Origin: an uncultured Acidobacteriota bacterium
Lineage (GTDB): Bacteria; Acidobacteriota; Terriglobia; Terriglobales; Acidobacteriaceae
NCBI GenBank assembly: GCA_963696525.1
Contig: CAVOKO010000012.1
Span: 1,024,275 to 1,056,274, forward strand
Reading direction: 5' to 3'
Length of the DNA stretch: 32,000 nt
Shown here: one piece after another, positions 17,074 to 26,349 of the stretch
Layout: every line of letters starts with the position of its first letter
How positions within the stretch are numbered: position 1 is the stretch's first letter
The notes under the pieces: model-generated
The model's input: the letters and a program-made list of their open reading frames with translations, nothing else
Told to the model about the DNA's origin: nothing
Database searches by the model: none
Made by a program: the position numbers and the translations under genes

Positions 17074-17480
17074 GCAAGCAGCGGGTTCTAATTCTGTGTA
17101 CGGGTAACTCTGCACGGAGCCAGATGGCCGAAGGACTGCTGCGCAACATAGCCGGAGAGCGGTTTGAGGTTTTCAGTGCCGGCACTTGTCCAGTGGGGCT
17201 AAACCCGCGCGCCGTTGAAGCGATGAGCGAAATTGGAATTGACATTTCCGGCCAGCGCTCTAAGTCGGTCGACGAGTTCGTGGACCAACAGTTCGATTAC
17301 ATCATCACCGTCTGCGACAACGCCAAAGAGTCCTGCCCGATCTTTCCAGGAAAAGGACAGCGAATTCATCACAGCTTCGAGGATCCCGCGTCCGCTCCGC
17401 CTGATGAGCAACTGACCTGCTTTCGTAAGGTACGGGAACAGCTTGCTCGGTGGCTCTCGGAATTTGTGCGCAATGGGTGA
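17070..17480 (+). CDS. arsC: arsenate reductase, LMW-PTPase / thioredoxin-coupled type
   Basis: [18 protein letters not shown]-loop (CX5R) plus the downstream Cys pair in [16 protein letters not shown]. The start overlaps the acr3 stop (ATGA). Confidence 0.93.
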
Positions 17481-17797
17481 CAATGGTTCCGGCCGGCCCA
17501 ACTGCCAACCGCGGCGAGACTCCAGAAACGCGATATAGATACACTCCTGACTTGCTGCCAACGAATTCAAATTGCCCGCGAATACTGTTGCCCAGGTGAC
17601 TACTGCGAGCCGCCCAAGCGCCGCTGATTTCGGGGGTTGCCGCCGTGCTGGTTAGCGGTGGTTGTTTATAGCCTCCTTCCTGCCCTTTTCAGGGTCCCCA
17701 CAGACGACAACATCCGCAGTTACCTTGGTTACCTTGCGTGCCCGTAATGGTTGAGAGAACCTATTTGGGAATTAAGTCAGGTTTTAAGGAAGAACGA

Positions 17798-18037
17798 ATG
17801 AGCACTACGAAAGCCATAACGGATCCGTCGGAAATGGAGTTTTTGACCGAAGCGCCGGCATTGCAGGAACGTCCTGCGCCGGCAGTCGCCAAACCCGGAA
17901 TTGCGGCGCTGTTGATGAAGTGGATCGGTTACGAATGTCAGGTGCGGGAGGAGACGACAACGCTACCGACCACGAACGATGATGTCGAAGAGCAGTGGGA
18001 GAAATGGGTGCACGGTTGCGGTCGAGGAGTGCGGTGA
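17798..18037 (+). CDS. small hypothetical protein (79 aa)
   Basis: ORF 17738..18037. The internal ATG at 17798 is preceded by AAGGAAG. I see no recognisable family. A reverse-strand ORF overlaps it, so coding status is uncertain. Confidence 0.3.
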   Translation: MSTTKAITDPSEMEFLTEAPALQERPAPAVAKPGIAALLMKWIGYECQVREETTTLPTTNDDVEEQWEKWVHGCGRGVR

Positions 18038-18338
18038 AGATCTCGCCTCAAGAGGATTGCCGCTGTTCCCGGCCCCCGCGGTGCATACCTCAGCACAAAG
18101 GCGTCATTCCACCGAGTAGGTGAAGTCCGTGTAATCGGCTCCCCTTTGGCGATAACGCCGGGCACTACTTCGGCCAGCTCCAAGGGCAAGATACGGCAGA
18201 CGCGGCGCCGGCGAACACCGGCGCGGCGCCCCCGTGAAGTCGGTCAAGACAACTGGATCGGAGGGCTTTTTTGAAACGCTGCACGCCGATACGGCTGGTA
18301 TTGCAGGAAGCTTCCTCCGCTAAGGAGAAATGCAAGAC

Positions 18339-18710
18339 ATGAGTAAGAAGATTCTACTGGTGGATGACTCGAAGATGGTACTGATGATGGAAGAGATGAT
18401 CCTGGGCACGAAACAGAACTATACGCTGATCAGTGCAAAGGATGGCCATGAAGCAGTCGAGAAGGCGGTTGCCGAGTCGCCCGATCTGGTGCTCATGGAT
18501 GTGGTCATGCCCAGGATGAATGGCTTTCAAGCTTGTAAGCGACTTCGGGACAACAAAGCCACCTGCGGCATTCCTGTCATCCTGGTGACCACCAAAGGAC
18601 AGGAAGAGGATGTGGAAGCGGGCTTTGAGCACGGCTGTAGCGACTACCTGACGAAACCTATTCACGAGCACGAGCTCATCAACATGGTGGAAGCGTATCT
18701 GGGAGAGTAG
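18339..18710 (+). CDS. cheY: CheY-like single-domain response regulator
   Basis: KKILLVDDS...LVLMDVVMPRMNG...VILVTTKG...DYLTKP carries all receiver active-site residues (DD, D, T, K). It is the first gene of the che cluster. The ATG at 18330 is an alternative start. Confidence 0.9.
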   Translation: MSKKILLVDDSKMVLMMEEMILGTKQNYTLISAKDGHEAVEKAVAESPDLVLMDVVMPRMNGFQACKRLRDNKATCGIPVILVTTKGQEEDVEAGFEHGCSDYLTKPIHEHELINMVEAYLGE

Positions 18711-18723
18711 CTGGTTGAAACAG

Positions 18724-19401
18724 ATGCCTCGCAAAAAACCAACTCGAGCCGATGGCCTGAAGGGACCGACACACAAACGAGGGGCGAAGACTCCGCGCGC
18801 TCAAGTGCCCCAGTACCCCGCAGACACGGCGAGCGTCCCCGCGCACATTCGACAGTTACAGCAACTGGCGGGGCTACAGGACAACAATCGTAACCTAAGC
18901 GTGAACGCGGACAGCGCGTTTATCCGTGCATCGCGGCTGTTAGTGGCCCACTCGCAGATGAACTCGGCGAGCACCCGACAGGAAGCGATTGCAACGGTCA
19001 CTGAAATTCTCGTCAACTTCATCGGGACCGAGCGGTTTGCATGTCTTACATTTCGCAAGGATCGAAGACAACTTGAATGCCTCTTTTCGATGGGAATCGA
19101 TGACGATCGGATCGCGGAGCTGGAACTGGCCTCGGAAGAAACGGAGGCCCTGCTTGGTAGCGAAACACGGATGAGCATGAACGGCCTTGCCGGCTGCAAC
19201 GGTTCAGAACCCGTCGCGGTCGTGCCGCTGAAATTGAAAGACGAACCCTTCGGGTTAATCGTTATTTTGGCTTTATTGCCGCAAAAGAATGGTCTGGAGC
19301 GCCGGGACTACGCACTGTGTGACTTGTTGAGCAAGCATGCTGCCGCTTGTATCTCGCGCAATGCCAATACAAATGGGGATGTGAGACGCGATGATTCCTA
19401 G
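18724..19401 (+). CDS. GAF-like domain protein with basic disordered N-terminus
   Basis: The C-terminal ~140 aa (IATVTEILVNFIGTERFACLTF...VAVVPLKLKDEPFGLIVILALLP...DLLSKHAAACISRN) follow a GAF-fold pattern. The gene sits between cheY and cheD, and its stop overlaps the cheD start by 11 nt. Confidence 0.5.
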   Translation: MPRKKPTRADGLKGPTHKRGAKTPRAQVPQYPADTASVPAHIRQLQQLAGLQDNNRNLSVNADSAFIRASRLLVAHSQMNSASTRQEAIATVTEILVNFIGTERFACLTFRKDRRQLECLFSMGIDDDRIAELELASEETEALLGSETRMSMNGLAGCNGSEPVAVVPLKLKDEPFGLIVILALLPQKNGLERRDYALCDLLSKHAAACISRNANTNGDVRRDDS

Positions 19402-19924
19402 AGATCAGCTCCATCGGTTTGTGCCAGCGGATCGCGCGCCGCAAATGGGCCCCGTTCCGAGCGAAGTCCGAGGAACGACGAAGGAGTTTCTCCACCCCGG
19501 CCAGACGTGCGTTTCGTCCGAACCGTGTACCGTGACGACCATTGTGGGCTCTTGCGTCGTGGTCTGTCTCTGGGACCCTATTCTACGGATTGGCGGTGTG
19601 ACCCACTACATCCTCGCGCAGTGGGATGGCACGGGGCAGCCGTCATCGCGATACGGCGACATCGCAATTGAGTTGCTGGTTAACAAAATGGCGGCGCTCG
19701 GCAGCTATCGGAACAAATTGCAAGCGCACGTATTCGGCGGGGCCTGCATGTTCGAGTCGCTGCGCGGGCGCAAACAGTCCCTGAGCGGGATGAATATTGA
19801 AATCGCCCTCAAATTGCTGGCGAAATACAACATCAAGATTGTGACGCAGCAGGTTGGAGGGCGGAAGGGCCGCAAGGTCGTCTATCAAACTTTCGACGGC
19901 AGCTTCACGGTGAAGGAGGTTTAG
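19391..19924 (+). CDS. cheD: chemoreceptor glutamine deamidase CheD
   Basis: TTIVGSCVVVCLWDP...GGVTHYIL (catalytic Cys/His context), HVFGGACMF and VGGRKGRKVVYQTFDGSFTVKEV. Confidence 0.85.
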   Translation: MIPRDQLHRFVPADRAPQMGPVPSEVRGTTKEFLHPGQTCVSSEPCTVTTIVGSCVVVCLWDPILRIGGVTHYILAQWDGTGQPSSRYGDIAIELLVNKMAALGSYRNKLQAHVFGGACMFESLRGRKQSLSGMNIEIALKLLAKYNIKIVTQQVGGRKGRKVVYQTFDGSFTVKEV

Positions 19925-19931
19925 CTTAGCC

Positions 19932-21590
19932 ATGCTGGTTGATCGCCAAGCCGTTCTACGAATCTTCCTGGCAGAGACAGAAGAGACACTCGGCCAGATG
20001 GAGGAGGCTTTGTTGCTCCTGGAGGAGCGGCCAGGCGACGACGAGATTCTCGGACAAATATTTCGCGTCGCGCACATGCTGAAAGGGAACGCGGCCGCTC
20101 TCGACTTCAAAGAAATTTCCAGCTTCGCACATTCAATCGAAGGGCTGCTGGCCTCGATCCGGGCCCGGGAGATCTCCATCGACAAGGAGATCATCAACCT
20201 GCTGCTGCAAGCTGTTGACGCGCTTCGCAGCATGGTTCCAGCGGCGGCGGCCGGTGAAGACAATTGTTCGCCTGCTCACCTTCAGCTGATAGAGCGTTTC
20301 CGGGAGTTTACGGGCGCGGCTGAAACGGTACGCGGACGGTCGGCTGATGCGCCTCCGGCCAAAGAGCAGGCGCAAGCCACGCCATCCGGAGCCATTGAGC
20401 GCGCGACTGCGCGCACGCTGCGCATCAACGTGGAGAAGCTCAACCGCATGCTGAACCTGGCGGGCGAGATTGGAATTGTCCAGGGACGCATGCGGCAACT
20501 GATCGAGAATGGAGGCAGCCGCGGCAGCGACCAGGTTCTGGAGACACTGCGCGACGCCGACCGCCTCACCATGGAGTTGCAGGAGCAGGTGATGGACCTG
20601 CGCATGGTTCCGATCGGTCCGATGTTTCACCGCTACGCGCGTATGGTTCGCGACCTTGCGCAGAAACACGGAAAACTAGCAAGGCTGGTGGTCGAAGGCG
20701 AGGAAGCCGGAGTTGATACGGCTGTAATCGAGCACATTCGCGATCCGCTCACGCACATGATCCGGAATGCAATCGACCATGGGATTGAGCTTCCCGAGGT
20801 GCGCCTCGCCGCCGGCAAGGATCCCGTCGGGAGTATATCGCTGCGGGCCTTTCGTGAAGCAGGCATCATCGTGATCCAGTTGGCCGACGATGGTGCCGGG
20901 CTGAACCGAGGCAAAATCGCACAGCGCGCGCGGGCCCTGAACGTGAGTGCCGACCCGGACAAGTTGTCGACGCAGGAACTGAACCGGCTGATCTTCGAAC
21001 CGGGATTTTCCACCGCAGAGCAGGTTTCCGAGACCTCCGGAAGAGGCGTAGGAATGGACATCGTGCGCCGCAACATCGAAGCGCTTCATGGGCGGGTCGA
21101 GATCGAGAGCGAGGAAGGGCGTGGTGCCACGGTTACCATACGTCTTCCACTGACGCTTGCGATCATCGAGGGTTTCTCGGTTGGGGTTGACAAAGAGGTA
21201 TACGTGCTGCCCCTCGATGCCATTCTGGAGTGCGTGGAGCTGCCGGCCAACGGTCTCGCGAGAAACGATGGGCAAGGGGTCATGACACTGCGCGGCGAGC
21301 CGCTGCCGTACATTCGATTGCGCCATTTGTTTGGTCTTGAAAGCGGCAAACAGAGAGAGAACGTTGTGGTTGTCGGCTACCAAGGCGGACATGCCGGGAT
21401 CGTCGTCGACACGCTTTACGGCGAGCACCAAGCCGTGATCAAACCCTTGGGAAGTTTGTTTCAAGATTTACCTGGTATTTCGGGCTCTACGATTTTGGGA
21501 GATGGCCGCATCGCTTTGGTTCTGGACGTACCGGGACTTTACCGAGCAGCCCTGATGGAAGAACCGTTGGGAACGGCGGCTTTGAACTAA
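19932..21590 (+). CDS. cheA: chemotaxis histidine kinase CheA (short form, no obvious P2 domain)
   Basis: Hpt FRVAHMLKGNAAAL; dimerisation RINVEKLNRMLNLAGEI; N-box HMIRNAIDHGIE; G1 DDGAGL; G2 GRGVGMDIV; C-terminal CheW-like domain. Confidence 0.93.
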   Translation: MLVDRQAVLRIFLAETEETLGQMEEALLLLEERPGDDEILGQIFRVAHMLKGNAAALDFKEISSFAHSIEGLLASIRAREISIDKEIINLLLQAVDALRSMVPAAAAGEDNCSPAHLQLIERFREFTGAAETVRGRSADAPPAKEQAQATPSGAIERATARTLRINVEKLNRMLNLAGEIGIVQGRMRQLIENGGSRGSDQVLETLRDADRLTMELQEQVMDLRMVPIGPMFHRYARMVRDLAQKHGKLARLVVEGEEAGVDTAVIEHIRDPLTHMIRNAIDHGIELPEVRLAAGKDPVGSISLRAFREAGIIVIQLADDGAGLNRGKIAQRARALNVSADPDKLSTQELNRLIFEPGFSTAEQVSETSGRGVGMDIVRRNIEALHGRVEIESEEGRGATVTIRLPLTLAIIEGFSVGVDKEVYVLPLDAILECVELPANGLARNDGQGVMTLRGEPLPYIRLRHLFGLESGKQRENVVVVGYQGGHAGIVVDTLYGEHQAVIKPLGSLFQDLPGISGSTILGDGRIALVLDVPGLYRAALMEEPLGTAALN

Positions 21591-21602
21591 GAGGAGACGG
21601 TC

Positions 21603-23145
21603 GTGAAAAATTGGAGCATAGCGACAAAATTAGGGGTTGCGTTCGGCGTTCTGCTCGCAATTCTTATCGGTATGGTGTGGCTGAGTATTGACCGCATGGG
21701 CAAGATGCACGCCACCCTCGAGCGCACAGTGAAAGACGATTTCCAGAAGCTGCGCCTGACCAATGATGGCGCTCGAATCACGCTTGAAAACGGGCGCGTT
21801 ACCATGCAAATTTTCCTGGTCAAAGACGGGCCATCCAAGCAAACGCTGCTCGCACTGAACGACCAGCTAGCGCCCAAAGGCCCCGAACTCCAGAAGAAAC
21901 TGGGAGAGATCCTCACCACCAACCGGGAGAAGGACTTATTCGCCAAGGTGCTCGAGGGTCGCCAACCTTACGTTGACGCGCGTGCGGTGGCCAAGAAGCT
22001 CGAACGCGGAGGGGCAGCATGACGAGGCGATTTCGGTGGTGGACAATCAGGTGATGCCTCTGCTTAATAAGTACGTTCAAAGTTGGGACGCACTCTTTTC
22101 CTACGAGGAAGAAAGAATCCTCGCCGCTTCCAAGGAAAGCCTCGAACTGTTTAATTCCGCCCGTAACCTCACGGTCGGGCTGGCTCTGTTCTCGGTTGGG
22201 TTCTCCATAGTGTTTGCCGTGCTGATCATTCGCGGCATCAGCAAGCCGGTGCTCGGGGTCGTCCGGCTGGCGGAGAGAATTGCCTCCGGTGATCTGCGCG
22301 ACGAGGTGGAGGTGAACTCTCGGGATGAATTCGGCAAATTGCAGGCGGCGATGAAGAAGATGTCAGGGAAGTTGTCGCAGGTGATCAGCGAAGTTGGAGT
22401 AGGAGCCGATTCGGTCTCCTCGGCGTCGGCACAGCTTGCGTCGTCTTCCCAGAGCCTGTCACAGGGAACCAGCGAACAGGCTGCGGCCCTCGAAGAGACC
22501 AGCGCCAGCCTGGAGGAGATGAGCGCATCGATCAACCAGAACGCCGAGAACAGCCGTACGGTGGAGCAGATGGCGCTGACCGGCGCGAAGCAGGCGGTAG
22601 GCAGCGGTGATGCGGTCGTCAAACTGGTGGAAGCGATGAAGATCATCGCCGAGAAGATCACCATCATCGAAGAGATCGCTTACCAGACGAATCTGCTGTC
22701 GTTGAATGCGGCAATTGAGGCGGCAAGGGCCGGCGATCACGGCAAGGGCTTCGCGGTGGTGGCCTCGGAAGTCAGAAAACTGGCGGAGCGCAGCCGGGTC
22801 GCGGCGAAGGAAATTACCGGCATTGCCGACTCCAGTGTCACGGCGGCTGAAGATGCCGGTCGGATGCTTGCGGAGTTGGTGCCGTCGATCTCAAGACCGC
22901 CGAGATGGTGCAGGAAGTTGCCGCCGGCCTCGCACGAGCAGGCGTCGGGCGTGGCGCAGATCAACAAGGCGATGGGGCAAGTGGACGAGTTGACGCAACG
23001 TAATGCCTCCGCGTCGGAAGAGCTTTCCAGCACGGCGGAAGAGCTGTCGGCGCAAGCCGAATCCTTGCAGGAGCTGATTGCGTTCTTCCAGTTGCCGGGA
23101 GCAGTGGATCGGCCGGGGCAACGGGCCACGGCAAGTGGAGCATAA
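21603..23145 (+). pseudogene. methyl-accepting chemotaxis protein (4HB sensor - HAMP - signalling domain), disrupted by indels
   Basis: The N-terminal ORF 21603..22022 (TM1 plus 4HB_MCP-like sensor) and ORF 21973..23145 (TM2, [43 protein letters not shown] hairpin tip) are one MCP split by a 1-nt frame change inside 21973-22022. A second, compensated frame excursion lies at 22891-22926. Confidence 0.85.
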
Positions 23146-23346
23146 CGTGTATGGCGATGTGCCGCCGAAACTGGCGGCTCATAGCGCCGCGCCTCGTGTC
23201 GCGATGGTTTCTCGCCCCGGCGCTGGCAAGAGCTGCTGCGGCCGCTTCAGGTGCAGGTCAGGATTCCGGGTTTCAGCGCTTCTGAGCGAACCGAACGGAG
23301 CGCACCGGATCATTCGGCCGGGCACATGCATGCATGGGAGGGCAAG

Positions 23347-23866
23347 ATGGAGGAAGTCAGGCAACTCGATAACGCGCAGCAGTATTTGACGTTTATCCTG
23401 GGGGGCGAGGAATACGCAATTGCGATCCTGCGAGTGCGGGAGATCCTCGAATACAGCCACGTAACTCGTGTTCCGAGCATGCCGGACTGCATCTGCGGAG
23501 TGATCAATCTCCGCGGCAGTGTCTTGCCAGTCATAGACCTCGCGATCAAGTTCGGATTGCCGCCGACAAAGCCTACCAAGCAAACCTGCATCGTCGTTGT
23601 AGAGGTCGAGCTGGGACGGTGAGCAGACGGTTCTGGGCGTATTGACCGACGCTGTCAATCAGGTGATTGAGCTTAGAGATGCGAATATCCAGCCGCCTCC
23701 TGCATTCGGAACGCGGGTACGACTGGAATTCTTGCGAGGACTGGGCGAGGTTGAAAATGGCTTTATTCTGGTGCTCGACATAGACCGGCTTCTGACCAGT
23801 GAGGAGTTGCTTACCGCATATCCGGCGCTGGCCATGGCCGACACGGAATCGGTCCCATCTGCTTAG
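23347..23866 (+). pseudogene. cheW: CheW coupling protein, interrupted by a 1-nt frameshift
   Basis: ORF 23251..23622 (QYLTFILGGEEYAIAILRVREI...INLRGSVLPVIDL...CIVVVEVELGR*) continues in another frame as DGEQTVLGVLTDAVNQVIEL...FILVLDIDRLL (to 23866). The junction lies in 23603-23620, which contains a GGG run. The GGGAGGG SD precedes the ATG at 23347. Confidence 0.85.
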
Positions 23867-23914
23867 CGCCGGGCAGCAGATGGCGAGAGCGGCAGTGGCA
23901 GTGGAAGGACAAAG

Positions 23915-24007
23915 ATGGAGCCAGCGGACGAGTTGATAGAGCGCAGCGTCTCAGCGTTGGATGAGCTTTCGAGCGCGGCGGACAGCTGTCGGCGCCGGTG
24001 GTTCTGA
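23915..24007 (+). pseudogene. remnant of an MCP 3' end
   Basis: MEPADELIERSVSALDELSSAAD aligns with [23 protein letters not shown] of the upstream MCP (nt 22972-23054), 12/23 aa identical. DNA similarity is obvious by eye, with a 1-nt gap before ...AGCTGTCGGCGC. Confidence 0.5.
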
Positions 24008-24038
24008 CCGGGTCAAGGAGAGAAACGCGGAAGTGAAG

Positions 24039-24983
24039 ATGCACACCAAGCCGGCGGCAATCGCTGGGATCCCCGAGGTATCGGACCGGGAATTCGCCTG
24101 TTTTCAAAGCTTAATCTATCGCGAAACGGGTATTTACCTCTCGCCCGTCAAGCGTACCTTGCTGGCGGGCAGGCTCTGCAAGCGGTTGCGCACCCTTAAT
24201 CTCGGGTGCTTCAGAGAATACTACGAATTAGTCGAGAATGACCTGGCGGAAAAAGAGCAGATGATCAATTGCATCTGCACGAATGAGACGCACTTTTTTC
24301 GTGAAAAGCAGCATTTCGAGTTTCTCGAAAACAGGGTATTTCCCGGCTGGAAGGCCTTGGCAAGTGAAGGACGGCGTTCTCGTCGTATTCAGGTGTGGAG
24401 CGCGGGCTGCTCGACGGGCGAAGAACCATATTCGCTGGCGATGTTCTTGCTGGATCACTTCGCAGCCGGAAACTGGGACATTGAGATTTTGGCGAGCGAT
24501 ATTTCGACTCGGGCGCTGGCTCGGGCCGAAAGCGGTACGTGGCCCATCAGCAAGTTGGTGGAGTTGCCCGAGCGTTATGTGACGAGGTACATGCTCCGGG
24601 GTACTGGGAAGTACGCGGGCATCATGAAAGCCGGACCGGAACTGCAATCGAGTATCAGATTTCAGCGTCTGAATCTCAATACCGATGTCTATCCACACGG
24701 GAGATTCGACCTTATCTTCTGCTGCAACGTGCTTATTTATTTCAGTGCGGACTCGAAGAAGAGCGTGCTCGAGCGTATGGCGGGACATCTGGGACAGACC
24801 GGATACCTGATGCTCGGGCACGCTGAAACTTTGAATGGCATAACGGATCGTTTGCGCCCGGTCGCGCCGACCATATACACTTCCTACACGAACGCCGCGC
24901 AGAACAAAGCATTCAAGCCTCACGCTCTGGCTACTGCGCGCGCCGAACCGGCTTCCTTGCAGTGTCCAGAGCCGGCACAATGA
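24039..24983 (+). CDS. cheR: chemotaxis protein methyltransferase CheR
   Basis: FACFQSLIYRETGIYL, ETHFFREKQHFEFL, IQVWSAGCSTGEEPYSLAM, ILASDIS and IFCCNVLIYF. I set the start at Met27 of ORF 23961..24983. Confidence 0.9.
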   Translation: MHTKPAAIAGIPEVSDREFACFQSLIYRETGIYLSPVKRTLLAGRLCKRLRTLNLGCFREYYELVENDLAEKEQMINCICTNETHFFREKQHFEFLENRVFPGWKALASEGRRSRRIQVWSAGCSTGEEPYSLAMFLLDHFAAGNWDIEILASDISTRALARAESGTWPISKLVELPERYVTRYMLRGTGKYAGIMKAGPELQSSIRFQRLNLNTDVYPHGRFDLIFCCNVLIYFSADSKKSVLERMAGHLGQTGYLMLGHAETLNGITDRLRPVAPTIYTSYTNAAQNKAFKPHALATARAEPASLQCPEPAQ

Positions 24984-26086
24984 CCATTTTGTCGAAGCCC
25001 ATCAACGTTCTTGTGGTCGATGACTCCGCTCTCGTGCGGCAGGTCGTAGCCGCCATTCTGTCTCAGGAACAAGGTATCCAGGTCACGGTTGCTGCAGACC
25101 CGCTCATCGCCATGGAGAAGATGGCCCGGGAGCGGCCCGACGTGATCCTTCTCGACCTGGAACTGCCGCGCATGCACGGCCTCACGTTCCTGCATAAGAT
25201 CATGTCGGAGGATCCCATTCCGGTTGTCGTGTGCTCCGGAGTGGTGGCTTCGGGCGGCGCAGCGGCGATCGCAGCGCTGGAACAGGGCGCAGTTGCGGTC
25301 ATCACCAAGCCGAAGATGGGAGTTCGAGACTTCCTTCACGAATCGGCTCTTATGCTGATTGACACAGTGGTGGGCGCGGCGCACGCAAAATTACGAAACA
25401 AACGCGTTCGGCCCGACCCAGTCCGCACGGCCGACGTGGTTGCTCCCAAGCGGCGGTACACGCAAAGCGGCGGCGGTTTGGAAAAAATCGTCGTGCTCGG
25501 CGCCTCTACGGGCGGACCGGAAATGATTGGCTGGATTCTTCAGCAACTGACGCCGGAGTGTCCTGGTCTGGTCATCGTCCAGCATATGCCGGAAACATTT
25601 ACCGGAACCTATGCCCGCCGCTTGAATACGACTTGCCGTATCGAAGTCAAAGAAGCGGAAGAGGGCGACCGCGCCACGCGAGGACGAGCTTTGATTGCGC
25701 CTGGCAATCACCATCTGGTCCTACGCCACGACAACGGCTACCATGCGACCTCTGTTGTAGATGGGCCGCTGGTCAACCGTCATCGCCCCAGCGTCGATGT
25801 CCTGTTCAGGTCTGCGGCGCAGAGTGCAGGCCCAAACGCATTGGGCATCTTACTGACCGGCATGGGAAACGACGGCGCCCAAGGACTTTTGGAAATGAAG
25901 AAAGCGGGCTCACTCACCCTCGCCCAGAACGAGGCTACAAGTGTTGTGTTTGGGATGCCGAAGGAAGCCATCGCACTCGGAGCTGTTGAGAAGGTGGTGT
26001 CGCCTTCGCAGATCGTGGCGGCAATCTCGGCATGGTCGAACACGCACACGGTGAGAGCGGCAGCGGAAAGAATCAAGGGCCACTGA
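24980..26086 (+). CDS. cheB: protein-glutamate methylesterase/deamidase CheB (receiver + esterase)
   Basis: Receiver NVLVVDDSALVRQ...ILLDLELPRMHG. Esterase VLGASTGGP, VIVQHMP, RPSVDVLFRSAA and LLTGMGNDGA. The ATG at 24980 overlaps the cheR stop (ATGA). Confidence 0.93.
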   Translation: MTILSKPINVLVVDDSALVRQVVAAILSQEQGIQVTVAADPLIAMEKMARERPDVILLDLELPRMHGLTFLHKIMSEDPIPVVVCSGVVASGGAAAIAALEQGAVAVITKPKMGVRDFLHESALMLIDTVVGAAHAKLRNKRVRPDPVRTADVVAPKRRYTQSGGGLEKIVVLGASTGGPEMIGWILQQLTPECPGLVIVQHMPETFTGTYARRLNTTCRIEVKEAEEGDRATRGRALIAPGNHHLVLRHDNGYHATSVVDGPLVNRHRPSVDVLFRSAAQSAGPNALGILLTGMGNDGAQGLLEMKKAGSLTLAQNEATSVVFGMPKEAIALGAVEKVVSPSQIVAAISAWSNTHTVRAAAERIKGH

Positions 26087-26143
26087 TTTGCCCTGTCGGT
26101 TCCAATGCCGCGTGGACGGAAATGCGGCCCGCCAGAATGAGAA

Positions 26144-26172
26144 TTGACTTAGCAATCTTGAACTTACATAAT
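26144..26172 (+). promoter_or_regulatory. putative sigma70 promoter upstream of the ATPase/GTPase pair
   Basis: TTGACT (26144-26149), a 17-nt spacer, then CATAAT (26167-26172), about 180 nt upstream of the ATPase start. Confidence 0.3.
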
Positions 26173-26349
26173 TAGCGCCTGGGTGTTGGAGTTCACCCTT
26201 AACCGCCCCGCGGGGCAGATGACTCCTACAAGGAATTTTCTTGTGAAGGTCGTCTGTCGGCGCTGTTTCAAATCCCTCCCAAGACGATTCCCACAACTCA
26301 GGTAAGCCCCGCTGCGAATGGCTATGCTGGATTGAATGAGGTTCCGGCG

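Noticed and set aside
20676-21464. 262-aa ORF antisense to cheA (similar cases: 24228..24980 antisense to cheR; 27409..28048 antisense to the GTPase)
   Set aside because: The sense-strand genes have clear family motifs, and the antisense ORFs have none.
22011-22014. Homopolymer-mediated phase variation of mcp, cheW and the GTPase
   Set aside because: The runs are only 3-5 nt, far shorter than known contingency-locus tracts. Sequencing error or fixed decay is more plausible.
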